NCBI RefSeq assembly: GCF_009914755.1
Contig: NC_060930.1
DNA length: 64,000 nt
Strand: one strand, 5' to 3'
DNA from: the human T2T-CHM13v2.0 reference genome, Homo sapiens
Part shown: positions 19,129 through 32,844 of the stretch, piece by piece
Numbering within the stretch: the stretch's first letter is position 1
How the letters are laid out: every line of letters begins with the position of its first letter
Made by a program: the position numbers and the translations under genes
The notes under the pieces: generated by a model
Seen by the model: the letters and a program-made list of their open reading frames with translations, nothing else
Told to the model about the DNA's origin: nothing
The model's database searches: none

Positions 19129-20146
19129 TTACATTTTGGCTTGATTTTGCAGCGGCTGGTACCTGTTGTGCCTTTCCATGTTTAGTGCTTCCTTCAGGTG
19201 CTCTTTTAGGGCAGGCCTGGTGGTGACAAAATCTCTCAGCATTTGCTTGTCTGTAAAGGATTTTATTTCTCCTTCACTTATGAAGCTTAGTTTGGCTGGA
19301 TATGAAATTCTGGGTTGAAAATTCTTTTCTTTAAGAATGTTGAATATTGGCCCCCACTCTCTTCTGGCTTGTAGAGTTTCTGCCGAGAGATCTGCTGTTA
19401 GTCTGATGGGCTTCCCTTTGTGGGTAACTTGACCTTTCTCTCTGGTTCTCCTTAACATTTTTTCCTTCATTTCAACTTTGGTGAATGTGACAATTACGTG
19501 TCTTGGAGTTACTCCTCTCAAGGAGTATCTTTGTGGCGTTCTCTGTATTTCCTGAATCTGAATGTTGGCCTGCCTTGCTAGATTGGGGAAGTTCTCCTGG
19601 ATAATATCCTGCAGAGTGTTTTCCAACTTGGTTCCATTCTCCCCGTCACTTTCAGGTACACTGATCAGACGCAGATTTGGTCTTTTCACATAGTCCCATA
19701 TTTCTTGGAGGCTTTGTTCATTTCTTTTTATTCTTTTTTCTCTAAACTTCCCTTCTTGCTTCATTTCATTCATTTCATCTTCCATCGCTGATACCCTTTC
19801 TTCCAGTTGATCGCATCAGCTCCTAAGGCTTCTGCATTCTTCACGTAGTTCTCGAGCCTTGGCTTTCAGCTCCATCAGCTCCTTTAAGCACTTCTCTGTA
19901 TTGGTTATTGTAGTTATATATTCGTCTAAAGTTTTTTCAGAGTTTTCAACTTCTTTGCCTTTGGTTTGAATTTCCTCCTGTAGCTCGGAGTAGTTTGATC
20001 GTCTGAAGCCTTCTTCTCTCAACTCGTCAAAGTCATTCTCCATCCAGCTTTGTTCCGTTGCTGGTGAGGAACTGCGTTCCTTTGGAGGAGGAGAGGCGCT
20101 CTGCTTTTTAGAGTTTCCAGTTTTTCTGCTCTGTTTTTTTCCCCAT
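19129..20146 (-). pseudogene. L1 ORF1 (RNA-binding protein), disrupted
   Basis: ATG at 20146 followed by 7 A (consensus 6, so +1 frameshift); premature TGA at 19816; fragments translate as ORF1p (EIWDYVKRPNLRL, QARREWGPIF). Confidence 0.93.
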
Positions 20147-21168
20147 CTTTATGGTTTTATCCGCTTTTGGTCTTTGATGATGGTGATGTACAGATGGGTT
20201 TTTGGTGTGGATGTCCTTTCTGTTTGTTAGTTTTCCTTCTAACAGACAGGACCCTCAGCTGCAGGTCTGTTGGAATTTGCTAGAGGTCCACTCCAGACCC
20301 TGTTTGCCTGGGTATCAGCGGCAGTGTCTGCAGAACCGCGGATTTTCGTGATCCGCGAATGCTGCTGTCTGATCGTTCCTCTGGAAGTTTTGTCTCAGAG
20401 GAGTACCCGGCCGTGCGAGGTGTCAGTCTGCCCCTACTGGGGGGTGCCTCCCAGTTAGGCTGCTCGGGGACCCACCTGAGGAGGCAGTCTGCCCATTATC
20501 AGATCTCCAGCTGAGTGCTGGGAGAACCACTGCTCTCCTCAAAGCTGTCAGACAGGGACATTTAAGTCTGCAGAGGTTACTGCTGTCTTTTTGTCTGTGC
20601 CCTGCCCCCAGAGGTGGAGCCTACAGAGGCAGGCAGGCCTCCTTGAGCTGTGGTGGGCTCCACCCAGTTCGATCTTCCAGGCTGCTTTGTTTACCTAAGC
20701 AAGCCTGGGCAATGGCAGGCGCCCCTCCGCCAGCCTCGCTGCCGCCTTGCAGTTTGATCTCAGACTGCTGTGCTAGCAATCAGTGAGACTCGGTGGGCGT
20801 AGGACCCTCCAAGCCAGGTGTGGGATATCATCTCCTGGTGCACCGTTTCCTAAGCCCATTGGAAAAGCGCAGTATTCGGGTGGGAGTGGCCCGATTTTCC
20901 AGGTGCCGTCTGTCACCCCTTTCCTTGACCAGGAAAGGGAACTAACTCCCCGACCCCTTGTGCTTCCCGAGTGAGGCAATGCCTCACCCTGCTTCAGCTG
21001 GCGCACGGTGCGCTGCACCCACTCTCCTGCGCCCACTGTCTGACACTCCCTAGTGAGATGAACCCGGTACCTCAAATGGAAATGCAGAAATCACCCGTCT
21101 TCTGCGTCGCTCACGCTGGGAGATGCAGACCGGAGCTGTTCCTATTCGGCCATCTTGGCTCCTCCCCC
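20147..21168 (-). promoter_or_regulatory. L1 5' UTR internal sense promoter (intact YY1 site) plus antisense promoter region
   Basis: YY1 motif CAAGATGGCCG at 21147-21157 (minus strand); CpG-rich UTR. Confidence 0.85.
20712..20786 (+). pseudogene. L1 ORF0 remnant, truncated at 24 aa
   Basis: MAGAPPPASLPPCSLISDCCASNQ then TGA (CGA to TGA CpG decay) at 20784-20786. Confidence 0.85.
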
Positions 21169-21820
21169 TCTTCCTTATTCTTGATCTTGTTTGTAACTGT
21201 TTCCTTACACTTGAGGGAAGCTGAGCAGCTTTAGGCTCTATCTATATTCACTTATCAACATTATCACATCTATATTCACACATCAGTATTATCATTCTAT
21301 TAAACTTTCATTGTATTATAGTTAACTCTCTGAGGGCTCATTTTCATGTCCCCAGCACCTAACTCAGAAGCTGTCATTAATGAATAAAACTGTGTGTGTT
21401 TGTGTGTGCATGCACATATGTGCACGTGTGCATATATGAGTGTGTGTCTTTCATTTGGGGGGGAGGGGTTGAAGAAAAACAATTAAAGAGTCTACTACTA
21501 GCAATGATTCATTCCCCCATCTCCAAGTCTTGAATTGTTACAAAATGTAGTCTTTATTGCTTTCAGGTTCACCCATTTCTTAGATAGACATCCTTGTATT
21601 TGACAGATGTGTGTTTGTTCTATTAGCAGATAGTAAGCCTGCATTCTTCAGAATTTAACACTAATCTTGTCTGGCCATTTACAATATCTGACTTCCTGAT
21701 CACCTAATAATGAGAATACCCTAAGACCTACTTGCTGTTTCCTATGTGTTTATCACCAAGCTCCATAGTTGCTGATTACTTCCTTTGATATCATGCCCCT
21801 AACATCCCAGTCCCAGTACC

Positions 21821-22121
21821 TTTTGGTTTTGTTTTGTTTTGTTTGTTTTTGAGACAGAGTCTCGCTCTGTCACCCAGGCTACAGTGCAGTGGCACAATCT
21901 GGGCTAACTGCAACCTCTGCCTCCTGGGTTCAAGTGATTCTCTTGCCTCAGCCTCCCAAGTAGCTGGGATTATAGGCACCCGCCACCACACCCAGCTAAT
22001 TTTTGTCTTTTTAGAAGAAACAAGGTTTCACATGTTGGTCTCGAACTCCTGACCTCAGGTGATCTGCCTGCCTCAGCCTCCCAAAGTGCTGGGATTACGT
22101 GGGAATCACCACTCCCAACCC
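21821..22121 (-). mobile_element. AluS SINE
   Basis: (TTTTG)n tail plus reverse-complement Alu. Confidence 0.93.
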
Positions 22122-22289
22122 CAATACATTTTTAACCCAAGAAGAACCTAGGAAGTGCCAAGTAAAGGATACTGAGAGTCCATCAATGAGGGGATAAAAA
22201 AATCATCCATCACCTGAATGTGGGCAATGTGGTTCCTTTTTAAAATTAATGCATTACATACTCTGAACCAAGGTAACAGCAATAACTAA

Positions 22290-22770
22290 TATTCACAGGA
22301 TTATTAGTCACCATGTGCCAGGCACCGTTTCAACAAATTTACACACAACAAATAATTTCATTTCACAATAACCCTATGAAGTAGGTACAATCAATGTTCT
22401 CATTTTATACATGAGGAACTGGAGACACAAAAAATGGTCAAACTATCAGAGGATGAGAGAACTGAGAACCACTGAGGGAATGGGAATTCTTAAGCTCTCT
22501 CAGGAGCATGAGTTGGTAGGATAGACTCTGCATGCTGAGCACATATAGTGAAATGCACTATAATGGAATGAATAATATTCTATTCACAAAAAATAAGGCT
22601 GTGTCTATTTATTATCATGTCTTATTTCAGATGAGTATAGTGAAGCTCAAAGAGATGAAGTAATTTAGCCAGGGCTGCTCAAACAGCAACTTGACTTCAC
22701 TTGGAAGTACAGGATTGAGTCCAACAAACTAGACTAAATAGTCTACATTCCTAGACACTATACAAAATGA
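22290..22770 (-). mobile_element. Two MIR fragments
   Basis: MIR core variants CATTTTATACATGAGGAACTGGAG and TTTCAGATGAGTATAGTGAAGCTCAAAGAG. Confidence 0.6.
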
Positions 22771-23122
22771 TACAAAATAGCTTGAAGTATTTTATGGGCT
22801 GAAGTACTTCAACAGCTAAGACAGGCTGCAATTCTCACCAGGATTGGCATGGACAAATATGAAATTGTAACACAAACCACAAAAAATAATATGTAGACTT
22901 CTATCCTTTAGAATTAATATCAAAACTTACAGAGAAACACAGTAATTAACCATAGTGATTAATTATGTTTGAGTGATTAATAACCAAATAAATGCCAAAC
23001 TTTGTTTTAAAACAATCATGGTTATTAGATTCTAACATGAAAGTGTTTAATAACTTCTTCTATGAAAGTACTATAATGTTAACTTGATTAAATGAATATT
23101 AGGTAAGAAAAATGCAACTTTA

Positions 23123-23779
<657 letters not shown>

Positions 23780-24364
23780 TAAGTATTATGTTCTTTATCA
23801 TCAGGTACTCTGAACATCAAAAGCTTATAAATACCAAATTATGTAAGTAACAAAATTGTGTAAGTAATAAAAATAGCACAAGAGAAATATTTTGTTACAG
23901 TGGCTACAGCACAATATGTAAAATTAAGAAATGAGTTCTGTTATTTATACATGCAAACTACTTTTTTCCCAAGTATTAACAGTCTAGATATTTTTCAATG
24001 TCAAGATACATTTCTGCAATACTCCATCCCAATGAGTTGATAAATGTACCATAACCTACTTAATGAATTCTCCAGTACTGAGCAATTATGATTGCTTCCA
24101 ACTTTTTGCTATTACTACAAATAGTACTGTGAATCATGTTAAACTTTTGTAAGCATACTTATATTAAACTTGTTAAACTTTTGTACACATGCTTCCTTAT
24201 AATTCCTGAAAGTGGAATTTCAGAGTCAACATGAATCTGTACCTTGTCCTGCAGAAAGGTTGTATGATTTTTAGTCTTAGTAGAAACATTGTTTTAAATG
24301 GTACAATATGAAATACATATGATTAATTGTTAAATATTTGTATTTTATAACCATTAATATATAG

Positions 24365-24657
24365 TGGTACAGTGGTTCACACCTATAATCCCAGCACTTT
24401 GGAAGGCCAAGAATGGAGGATCCCTTGAGACTAGCCTCAGCAACATAGTGAGACCCTGTTTCTATAAAAAAAATTTTTTTTAATTAGCCAGGCATTGTCA
24501 TGCACACTTGTATCCTCACTACGTAGGAGACTGAGGCAGGAGGATCATTTGAGCCCAGGAGTTCAAGGTGACAGTAAGCTATAATTGCACTACTGCACTC
24601 CAACCTGGGCAACACAGTGAAACCCTGCACCTAAAAAATTAAATAAAATTGAAAAAA
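24365..24657 (+). mobile_element. AluJ SINE
   Basis: Diverged Alu dimer. Confidence 0.88.
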
Positions 24658-24727
24658 TATATATAGTTATATATGCATATGTACACACCTCTATTATACA
24701 AATGATACCTTTTAAAATGCTGTGCTT

Positions 24728-25203
24728 ACTTTTTTTAATTGCAGTAAAGTAACTATAACATAAAATTTACCATCTTAACCATTTCTAAGTATAGTTTATT
24801 AGCATTAAGTATATTTACAATAGTCACATTATTGTGCAATCAATCTCTAGAAGTTTTACATCTTGTAAAACTAAAATGCTATACTCGTTAAACAACTCTC
24901 AATTTCCTTCTCCCCCAGCCCCTGGGAACTACCACTTTAACTTTCTGCTTCTGTGACTATGACTACTCTAGATGCTTCATGTAAGTGGAATCATACAATA
25001 TTTGTCTTTCTGTGACTGGCTTATTTCACTTAGCATTATGTCCTCAAGGTTCATCCACACTTTAGCATGTGTCCGAATTTCCTTCCTTTTTAAGGCTGAA
25101 GATATTCCATTGTATGTACATACGACATTTTGTTTATCCATTTACCCATCAATGGACACTTAGCTTCCACCTATTGGCCACTGTAAATAACGCTGCTATG
25201 TAC
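24728..25203 (-). mobile_element. L1MB-type 3' end
   Basis: ATAACATAAAATTTACCATCTTAACCATTT; GTAAGTGGAATCATACAATATTTGTC...TGGCTTATTTCACTTAGCAT. Confidence 0.8.
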
Positions 25204-25519
25204 AATATCTGTGCTTATTTACAAATATTCATACACAGCAGGAACTCTTCCTAGCTTGACCTCATGATATTTCAGACTCCAGTCTCTACCAGGGATGCTC
25301 TCTTCTTTTATTTCAGATGAGTAAAGTGAAGCTCAAAGAGGTGAGCTCATTTCTCTTCATGCCTAGACTGCTCCCAGGTTTTCAGGTCATACTTCTCCTT
25401 CTGTTACCCTTCCTGGACATGTTTTCCTTTGCTGACACTGGGGACTTTCCCATTATTTCTCCAGAGCCGGAATTTTTCTTGCCAGAAAGCAAAAAAAAAA
25501 TTTTTTAACTGTCCAATCA

Positions 25520-25715
25520 TCTGTGATTTCTCATTTATATAGTTACTATCTACTATGATAGATAGTAAGTTTTATCATGCCCGTTTTACAAAAGAGGAGA
25601 TTGAGGCTCAGAGTACATTGGTAATTTGCCCAGTGTCACAGAGTTTGAATGAGCCAAGCCAAATGTGGACCTTAAGTCTGTCATATTTGAAAGCCTGTGT
25701 TCTTTTCACTATGCA
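25520..25715 (-). mobile_element. MIR
   Basis: CCCGTTTTACAAAAGAGGAGATTGAGGCTCAGAG...TTGCCCAGTGTCACA core. Confidence 0.65.
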
Positions 25716-26495
25716 TGCTACATTTTAAAAACTGTCTTATTAATTCTCAGTCACTAACACCTACCCCAGATAAAGCCTATTATTAATCTCAGAATATCAG
25801 ATTTATGTACTTTGGATACTTACTTTATCTTCTCATTCACAGCCCAGGGAGAAAACACACCTTCTTCCTCCTTTCAGGCTTCCTCTTAGAATAGGTCATT
25901 AATCACTAAATATGTCTGTGTACTGAGTTTCATTTGTTCAGAAATAGACTACAGTTTTCTGGCTGGCAGCTGGAAATTAAATATATTTTACTACCTTATT
26001 TTCAAAATTACTCATGAACTTTAAACACTCCAGGGTAAAGGAAATCTATCACTATACTAAGAAAAATGAAAACCAGTTTGTACTGGACCATAAAACCTAA
26101 AAGTGCCCAGTGATTATACTGACCAAATACAAGAAAGCTTTCCGTTGTTTTGAACAAAAGAAGTCCCCATTGCCCACACTTTGGCCAACAAGACCAAGAT
26201 ACCTGGATCACAAGCTGTCCAACAGAAATGCTACTTAGAGGGTAAATAATCAACCTAACAAATTCCTTCCCACTTAGAAAGGCTGAAGGTGAGAGACAAG
26301 ATGCAGAGACACATGGAATGAGAAAGAGAGGCCAACAAAGAAGGCCAAGAGAGTGGGTGAATGAGAGTAGCTGATGCCAGAAGCTACCTTTTAGATCCAT
26401 GCTACTATGTATCCTTACACGAATCCTTTATCCTTTATCATTTTCCAGTAGCCTGAATTAATCTCTGTACTTTGAATCCAAATAAGACTGGTAAG

Positions 26496-26578
26496 GCAGT
26501 GAGCCGAGATGGCACCACTGCACTCCAGCCTGGGTGACAGAGCGAGATTCCGTCTCAAAAAACAAACAAATAAACAAA
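26496..26578 (+). mobile_element. Severely 5'-truncated Alu (about 60 bp plus tail)
   Basis: Alu 3' end only; perfect 16-bp TSD CAAATAAGACTGGTAA (26479-26494, 26579-26594). Confidence 0.92.
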
Positions 26579-26802
26579 CAAATAAGACTGGTAAAGGTAT
26601 AGGTATAGTAACTGAGACACTGTATTGTGTATATTGTAGGTGAGAGCAATTAGATAAATACAGTAATGTTGTGAACCAGAGTTCTCACTGCTGGGAACCA
26701 GGGATATAAAAGTGGGAGAAGGTTTAAAAAAAAGAAACCTACAGTATCAAATTTGAATAGCGAATATCAGTAATAAATGTATGATTTAAAAATTAGCTAC
26801 CC

Positions 26803-27118
26803 AGCCAGGTGCAGTGGTTCATACCTGTAATCCCCACACTTTGGGAGGCCGAGGTGGGAGGATCACTGAGCCCAGAAGTTCGAGACCAGCCTACGCAACA
26901 TAGGAAGATCCCGTCTCTACAAATAATTTAAAATTAGCCAAGTGTGGTGGCACATGTCTGTGGTCCCAGCTACTCAGGAGGCTGAGGTAGGAGGATCACC
27001 TGAGCCCAGGATGTCGAGGGTGCAGCAGTGAGCCATGATCACACCACTACACTGCAGTTTGGGCAACAGAGTGAGACCCTGTCTCAAAAAAAAAAAAAAA
27101 AGAAAGAAAGAAAAGAAA
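26803..27118 (+). mobile_element. AluJ SINE
   Basis: Alu dimer with A/AAAG tail. Confidence 0.92.
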
Positions 27119-27768
27119 GCTATCTATTTCCTAGATATTCCTATTGAAAGGGTATGGATATAATCATAATCAGCAGCAATAAACATATCTAGTGCCCAAA
27201 TCTTGATTTATAAATATGAAGAACCACTGAAACAAACTGAATTCTTAGAGAAATCATCTATTCCAACTCTGGGGCAGGGAAAGCACAAAGTGAGCCTGAA
27301 ACATCTCGTTGTGCCAAAAAGCAAAGGAAATGCTTAAAGATTACTGAGAATATGGTAAAAGGACACAGAAGCCAGCTTCAAAAGGCTGCCACTAGCCAAA
27401 CTTGGGACAATTTAATCATCAAAAATAATCACAATGATAATGAATTCTAACACACTGAGGTTTTTTTGTTTTTTTTTTCTAAAGAGACAACAATGACATT
27501 AAAGAAGAGAAAAGGAGGAGATGAGGGAAAGCTCTTCTTTGTGGAAGAAAGCCAGCTAATAAACAAGAAATGATCACCATTTTTACAATTAAATATTAAT
27601 AACTCATTCAGGTAAGGATCAAGGAATACTATTAGGTAAAAGGTTTTGGGGGAACATGACATGTACAAATTTCCCAATTTATCCATTAATTACAGGAGAG
27701 AAAAAGTAGTAAAACAGGTTCTTTTACAATGAAGAGATCTAGCAGATACCATCTCAACTAAATGATCG

Positions 27769-27896
27769 ATTTTTTTTTTTAAGAGATAGGGTCTCCCTAT
27801 GTTGCCCAGGCTGGCCTGTAACTCCTGGGCTCAAGCAATCCTCCCATCTCAATATCCCTAGTAGCTGGGAACACAGGGGTACACCACCACACCTGA
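27769..27896 (-). mobile_element. Alu monomer (FLAM-like)
   Basis: Single arm with poly-T; TSD-like ACTAA(A/G)TGATC. Confidence 0.8.
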
Positions 27897-28083
27897 CTAA
27901 GTGATCAAATTCAACACCACCATTAATGGAATACACTGATATGTGCTTCCTGATATGCTGCAATAAGAAGTAAACACTATCACTGCTGTAATAATTTTGC
28001 CACAAATGTTCTAACCTGAATCCAATCATAAGGAAATAATAAGACAAACCCAGATTGTGGGACATTATATAAGACAAATGGTT

Positions 28084-28392
28084 GGCTGGGCATGGTAGCT
28101 CACGCCTCTAGCCCCATCACTTTGGGAGGCCAAAGCAGGTGGATTGCTTGAGCTCAGGAGTTTGAGACCAGCCTAGACAACATGGTGAAACTCCATCTCT
28201 ACAAAAAATACAAAAATGTAGCTAGGCATGGTGGCATGTACCTGTAGTCCCAGCTACTCAGAGGCTGAGAAGGGAGACTCGCTTGAGCCCCTGAGGTCAA
28301 GGCTGCAGTGAGCCCATGATCGCACCACTGCACTCCAGCCTGGACAACAGAGTGAGACCCTGTCTCAAAAAAAAAAAAAAAAAAAAAAAAAA
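28084..28392 (+). mobile_element. AluJ SINE
   Basis: Alu dimer with poly-A. Confidence 0.92.
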
Positions 28393-29589
28393 GCAAAAGG
28401 TTAGGAGAGGGCACTGTTCTAGCAATCCTTATTTGCATCTTGGAGTCCTGGAGGGTGGGGAAGAGCTAGAAGTTAAAGGTTAGGGAAAATCCAGGAGGGA
28501 TGCATATTGTATGTTAGATGGTATCATAGAATTGTTTCTTAGAGTTGAAAATGGTATTATGATTATGTAAAGAGGATGTCCTTATTCTGACAACACAAAT
28601 ACTTAATTATTTAGAGACAAAAATGTCATGATGTCTAAACTTAAATTTTAATGGTTCAGTAAAAAAAACTGAGAAAGCACAAATTCAGCAAAATGTTAAC
28701 ACTCAGTGAACTAAGGTGACAGGTATACATAGGGTTTGTATAACTATTCTTTCAACTTTTCTGTAGACTTTAAGTTTTTCAAAATAAAATGTTGTTCTCT
28801 TAAACTACCCACAGAGAATTCTAACAAAAGAGGTCCTAAGACAGACAAGAACACTATGCTTTTGAAAAGAAAAACAAGATTTTTTTAAAGGTTGCTTTTG
28901 GTAGTATAAAAAGTTTTAATCTGGCTTTTTCTTAGTGCAGCAAATTTCAGACTGGGTTTCTAAATTTGCATGAACATGCAGTGAAGAATGTACATATTGT
29001 CTCGGATAATAATACAATCAATTTACCAAAAAACAGTATTTTTATTAAAAGTTCCTTAAAGTGCTATGTTATCAATTCCCTTAAAGAAGAAAAAGATCTT
29101 AAAGTGAAACATTACATTATAGAGTTTATATTTTAAATGCACAATAAAAGAATGAAAATGAGTTATAATTTCTCAATTTTCTATGTGACATCGCTGAGGT
29201 ATAAATGGTACCAAGAAAATGGTATTTTAAATGTTAATACAGTCATGACTGATTTAAGGAGAAAAGTCAAGCTTTTTTGGTTGAAACCAACACAGTGTTT
29301 ATAGGGTTTCTAAACCAAACATTTTATTTTAATACAGGCTGTCAACCTGCATTGCAACAGAAGAGTTTAAATAACTTTTCCAAATTTAACTTTCAGTCCA
29401 ACTGATTGCAGCATGATCTGCCACCAACCAAAGAACACCAAGTATGAGTTACTGCTACGCTTCTGCAGACATTATACACACCAAGTATTTCGACTGAACC
29501 TCAGAGCTGACATGCAAAATAGAATCATTATGACAATCTGAAGCCTTTTACCATCTCTTTATTTTTCATTTACCACAATCATATTATTC

Positions 29590-32236
29590 AGTTCTGATTA
29601 TACAGAGTAGATGACCTTTAGCTTACCTCCACTCTCTCCTGAAAACACATTACATTGACAGTAATGGAATCTGTGTTTAGGGTACATACTTACCAACAAG
29701 GAGAAAGGAAAAGGAGTTGAGAAGAACAGGGGCATTTGGTAGCTGGAAAACCCAAGAACAAGTTGTACCTGACTCAACAGAGAGGTGACCACTAAGCCAG
29801 CAGCCAGGAAAGCTGAGAGAAGCAATCTGATTCATACCTTGAAACCCCACAAAAACCTCACCAGAAAAGGATAGCAGCAGGTAGCCATGAAAGCTGGGGT
29901 GGGGTGGGCCTTGACACAGAAAGGACAAGTCTAAGACAGAGATTCCTCTCCCTTACCCAACCCCCAGGAGGCTGGAGGTTTATTCTCTGGAGAGAGTCAA
30001 AGAGACAGGGGCTCTAATCAGCATGACAAGAGACATAAATGAGAAAGGCAAATTAAGCATGCCTTCACATCCTAAAAGTCATCCTCCAGCCATCTTCTGC
30101 CAAATCAGCTTCCAAAAGTGGAGTTGAAAAGAGTACTCTCTAAGGAATATGACCAGCCCAAGAGAAAAGATCCCAAGATTCTGATCCCAGGAGTTCCCCC
30201 ACTGCAATGACCCAGCCAGATCCTATGGTAAAGGCTAAGGTTGAGAAGTCCACCACACAGATAGCGAGTCCATAATTAGCTTTTAAACATAAATAGGTAC
30301 ATAGCCAAGGAAGGCTTCTGAGCAAAGCCCCTTATAGGAAAAACCAGGAGGCCAAAACAAGTAACAGATTTTCAAAAAGTAATTTAGAGGAAACAGAGCA
30401 AGGAAGGGAGATAAAAAGTTAACAAAAAATTATTAATATCCTTAGAAAGGAGGGAAGATACTGCATCCTTAAATACAAACAGGAGTCCATAAAAGCAGAA
30501 TAATTAGAGTACAAAAAAATGAATTCTCAGAAAAATTAAAATAGGATTACAGAAAAGGAAAACTCAGTGAAAGGGATGGAAGATCAAACTGAGGAAATCA
30601 CTCTGTAAACAAAAGGAAAAAGTTACAGAAAATCAGAGAGACAAGCAGAGGAACTACAAATAACAAGATTTTTAAAATAATAGATCAGAAGAACGGGAGA
30701 AAATAAAATTTTTAATTACCAAAATTAACATAAACTTCCAGATTAATGGAACAATCAAGTACCTAACACAACGGATGGAAAGGGACCTACATCATAGCAT
30801 ATCATCAAGAAATTTCAGCAATGAGAGACAAAGAAAAGACACTAAAACAGTAGTTCTCAACTCTGGCTACATCTTAGAATTACCTAGGGAGCTTTTCAGA
30901 AATATCTATGTTTGGGCTCCACTCCAGACCAATTACTTCAAAATCTCTCATACCAGGATTTGGTCAAAGTCCCCAGATAATTCTAAAGTGAAGCCAGGGT
31001 TAAGAATCACAATCCTATAATGTCAAGAAAGAGTGGGGGAGGGAGAGAGAAGGGAGGATGATCTTGAGATTTTGTAATAGCAATAATGAAAGCCCAGAAG
31101 ACAACAGATCAATCAGCGCTTTCAAAATTCTAAAGGAAAAATTATTTCCAATCTAGATAGTACCAATTAAGTGCAAGAGCACCAATAAAAAATTTTTCCA
31201 GGACACACAAAATTTCTCTTCCATGCATCTTTCCTCATGGTACTACTAGAGAAGGCAGTTTGTCAAAACAAGGTTGTAATCAAGTCTTGAGACCACAGGA
31301 TCCAGCAGAAAGGGATCTCACACAGAAAGAGGCAAACAGCAACCCCGGAGTGATGGTTATCTGTGCCCCAGGGATACGGGGCAACCATACAGAACGAAAC
31401 AGAACAGCTCACAAGGTTCTGTGCAAGTAAGACCCAAAAAGATGCAATACCTAATGTGTCTGAATGTTTGGAGAAAATAACGTTAACAACTGGGGGTGAA
31501 TTTATGATAAATACATAGAAAACTAAGCAAAGAAGCAAGACAATTATTAACTACAGAGCACAAACAAGGAAAGTCATGCAAGAAAGAAACAGTCATAATT
31601 TACTCATGACTCAGCTGTGAATAGCATTTACTAAATCACAATAATGTGACAAAGAATAGTGATCTAGACTAATGAATGTGGTAACTACATTGGGAAGACA
31701 GAGAATGGAGAGTATGACCTGTCTAGTGGTAGAAACGGTGAGAGTGAGCTAAATGTTCTTCTTCCAGAGAGGAAATCCAATACACAGGGCACAAAACAGA
31801 AAATCAAGAAGTAGATCCAAAAATTTGTTATCTAGTGATATGATTTAAATATCAAAAGAAACAGCCTGCAGTGTGAAATGCTTGTCTCTAGGATGCAGGC
31901 AATGGTTGGGAGTGGTGGGGGTGAGTGGCTACAGAAGCAACTGCAGATTTTCATAATAAGATTTATAGAATTATTTCAGTTTTAAACTATCTACATAAAC
32001 AATCTGATTAAAAAACTAAATTTTAAAAAATAAATATTGTTATATCCTGTAGTAACGTAACAAGGAAGGAGGGAGAGAAGGAAGGAGGAAGGAAGGAAGG
32101 AGAGAGAAAGGAAGGGAGGGGACTATAAGCAGAGTAAATCCTCATCTATTTTAACAGGAATTAAGAGCAAATGTCTGCAGTTTGCATATTTTTCTAAAAA
32201 TCACAGCATAAGCATTTTATTTAGAATACAGAAGTA
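29590..32236 (+). mobile_element. HAL1 (half-L1, ORF1-only LINE) remnant, probably resuming at about 35421-35580
   Basis: Decayed ORF1-like A-rich segment (GCCCAGAAGACAAC...GCTTTCAAAATTCTAAAGGAAAAATTATTTCCAATCTAGA) followed by HAL1-like CAGGATCCAGCAGAAAGGGATCTCACACAG instead of ORF2. Confidence 0.6.
30848..31012. mobile_element. MER5-family hAT-Charlie MITE
   Basis: Ends CAGTAGTTCTCAAC...GTTAAGAATCAC; TTAGAATTACCTAGGGAGCTTTT. Confidence 0.7.
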
Positions 32237-32844
32237 CAGGCATATCCATTTTACTGCACTTGGCTTTATTGTGCTGTGCAGATATTGCATTTTACATACT
32301 GTGGCAACCCTGTGTCAAGCAAGTTTAATGGCATTATTTTTCCAACAGCATGGGCTCACTTCCTGTCTCTGTGTTATATTTTGGTAATTCTCACAATATT
32401 CAAACTTTTTCATTATCATTATATCTGTTATGATGATGTGTGATCACTGATCTTTAAGGTTACTCTTTAAATTCTTTTGGGGCACCACAAGCCACAACCA
32501 TATAAGACAGTAAACTTAATCAAGAAATGTGTGTTCTGACTGTTCCAACAACCAGCCACCATACCCCTGGCCTCTCTCCCTTTCCTCAGGCCCCCTTATT
32601 CCCTGAAACACAACAGTATTAAGATTAGGCCAATTAGTAACCCTACAACGGCCTCTATGTGTTCAAGTGAAAGGAAGAGTCACATATCTCTCACTTTACT
32701 CAAAAGCTAGAAATTATTAAGCTTAGTGAGGAAGGCATGTTGAAAGCCAAAACGGGCCAAAAGCAAGGCCTCTTGCTCCAAATAACTAGCCAAGTTGTGA
32801 ATTCAAAGGCGAAGTTCTTGAAGGAAATCAAAAGTGCTACTCCA

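Larger units (their letters stand above)
26600..28790 (+). mobile_element. Old L1 3' UTR (L1MC4/5-like), interrupted by three Alu/FLAM copies
   Basis: GTTGTGAACCAGAGTTCTCACTG; GACAAACCCAGATTGTGGGACATT; terminus CTTTTCTGTAGACTTTAAGTTTTTCAAAATAAAA. Confidence 0.65.
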
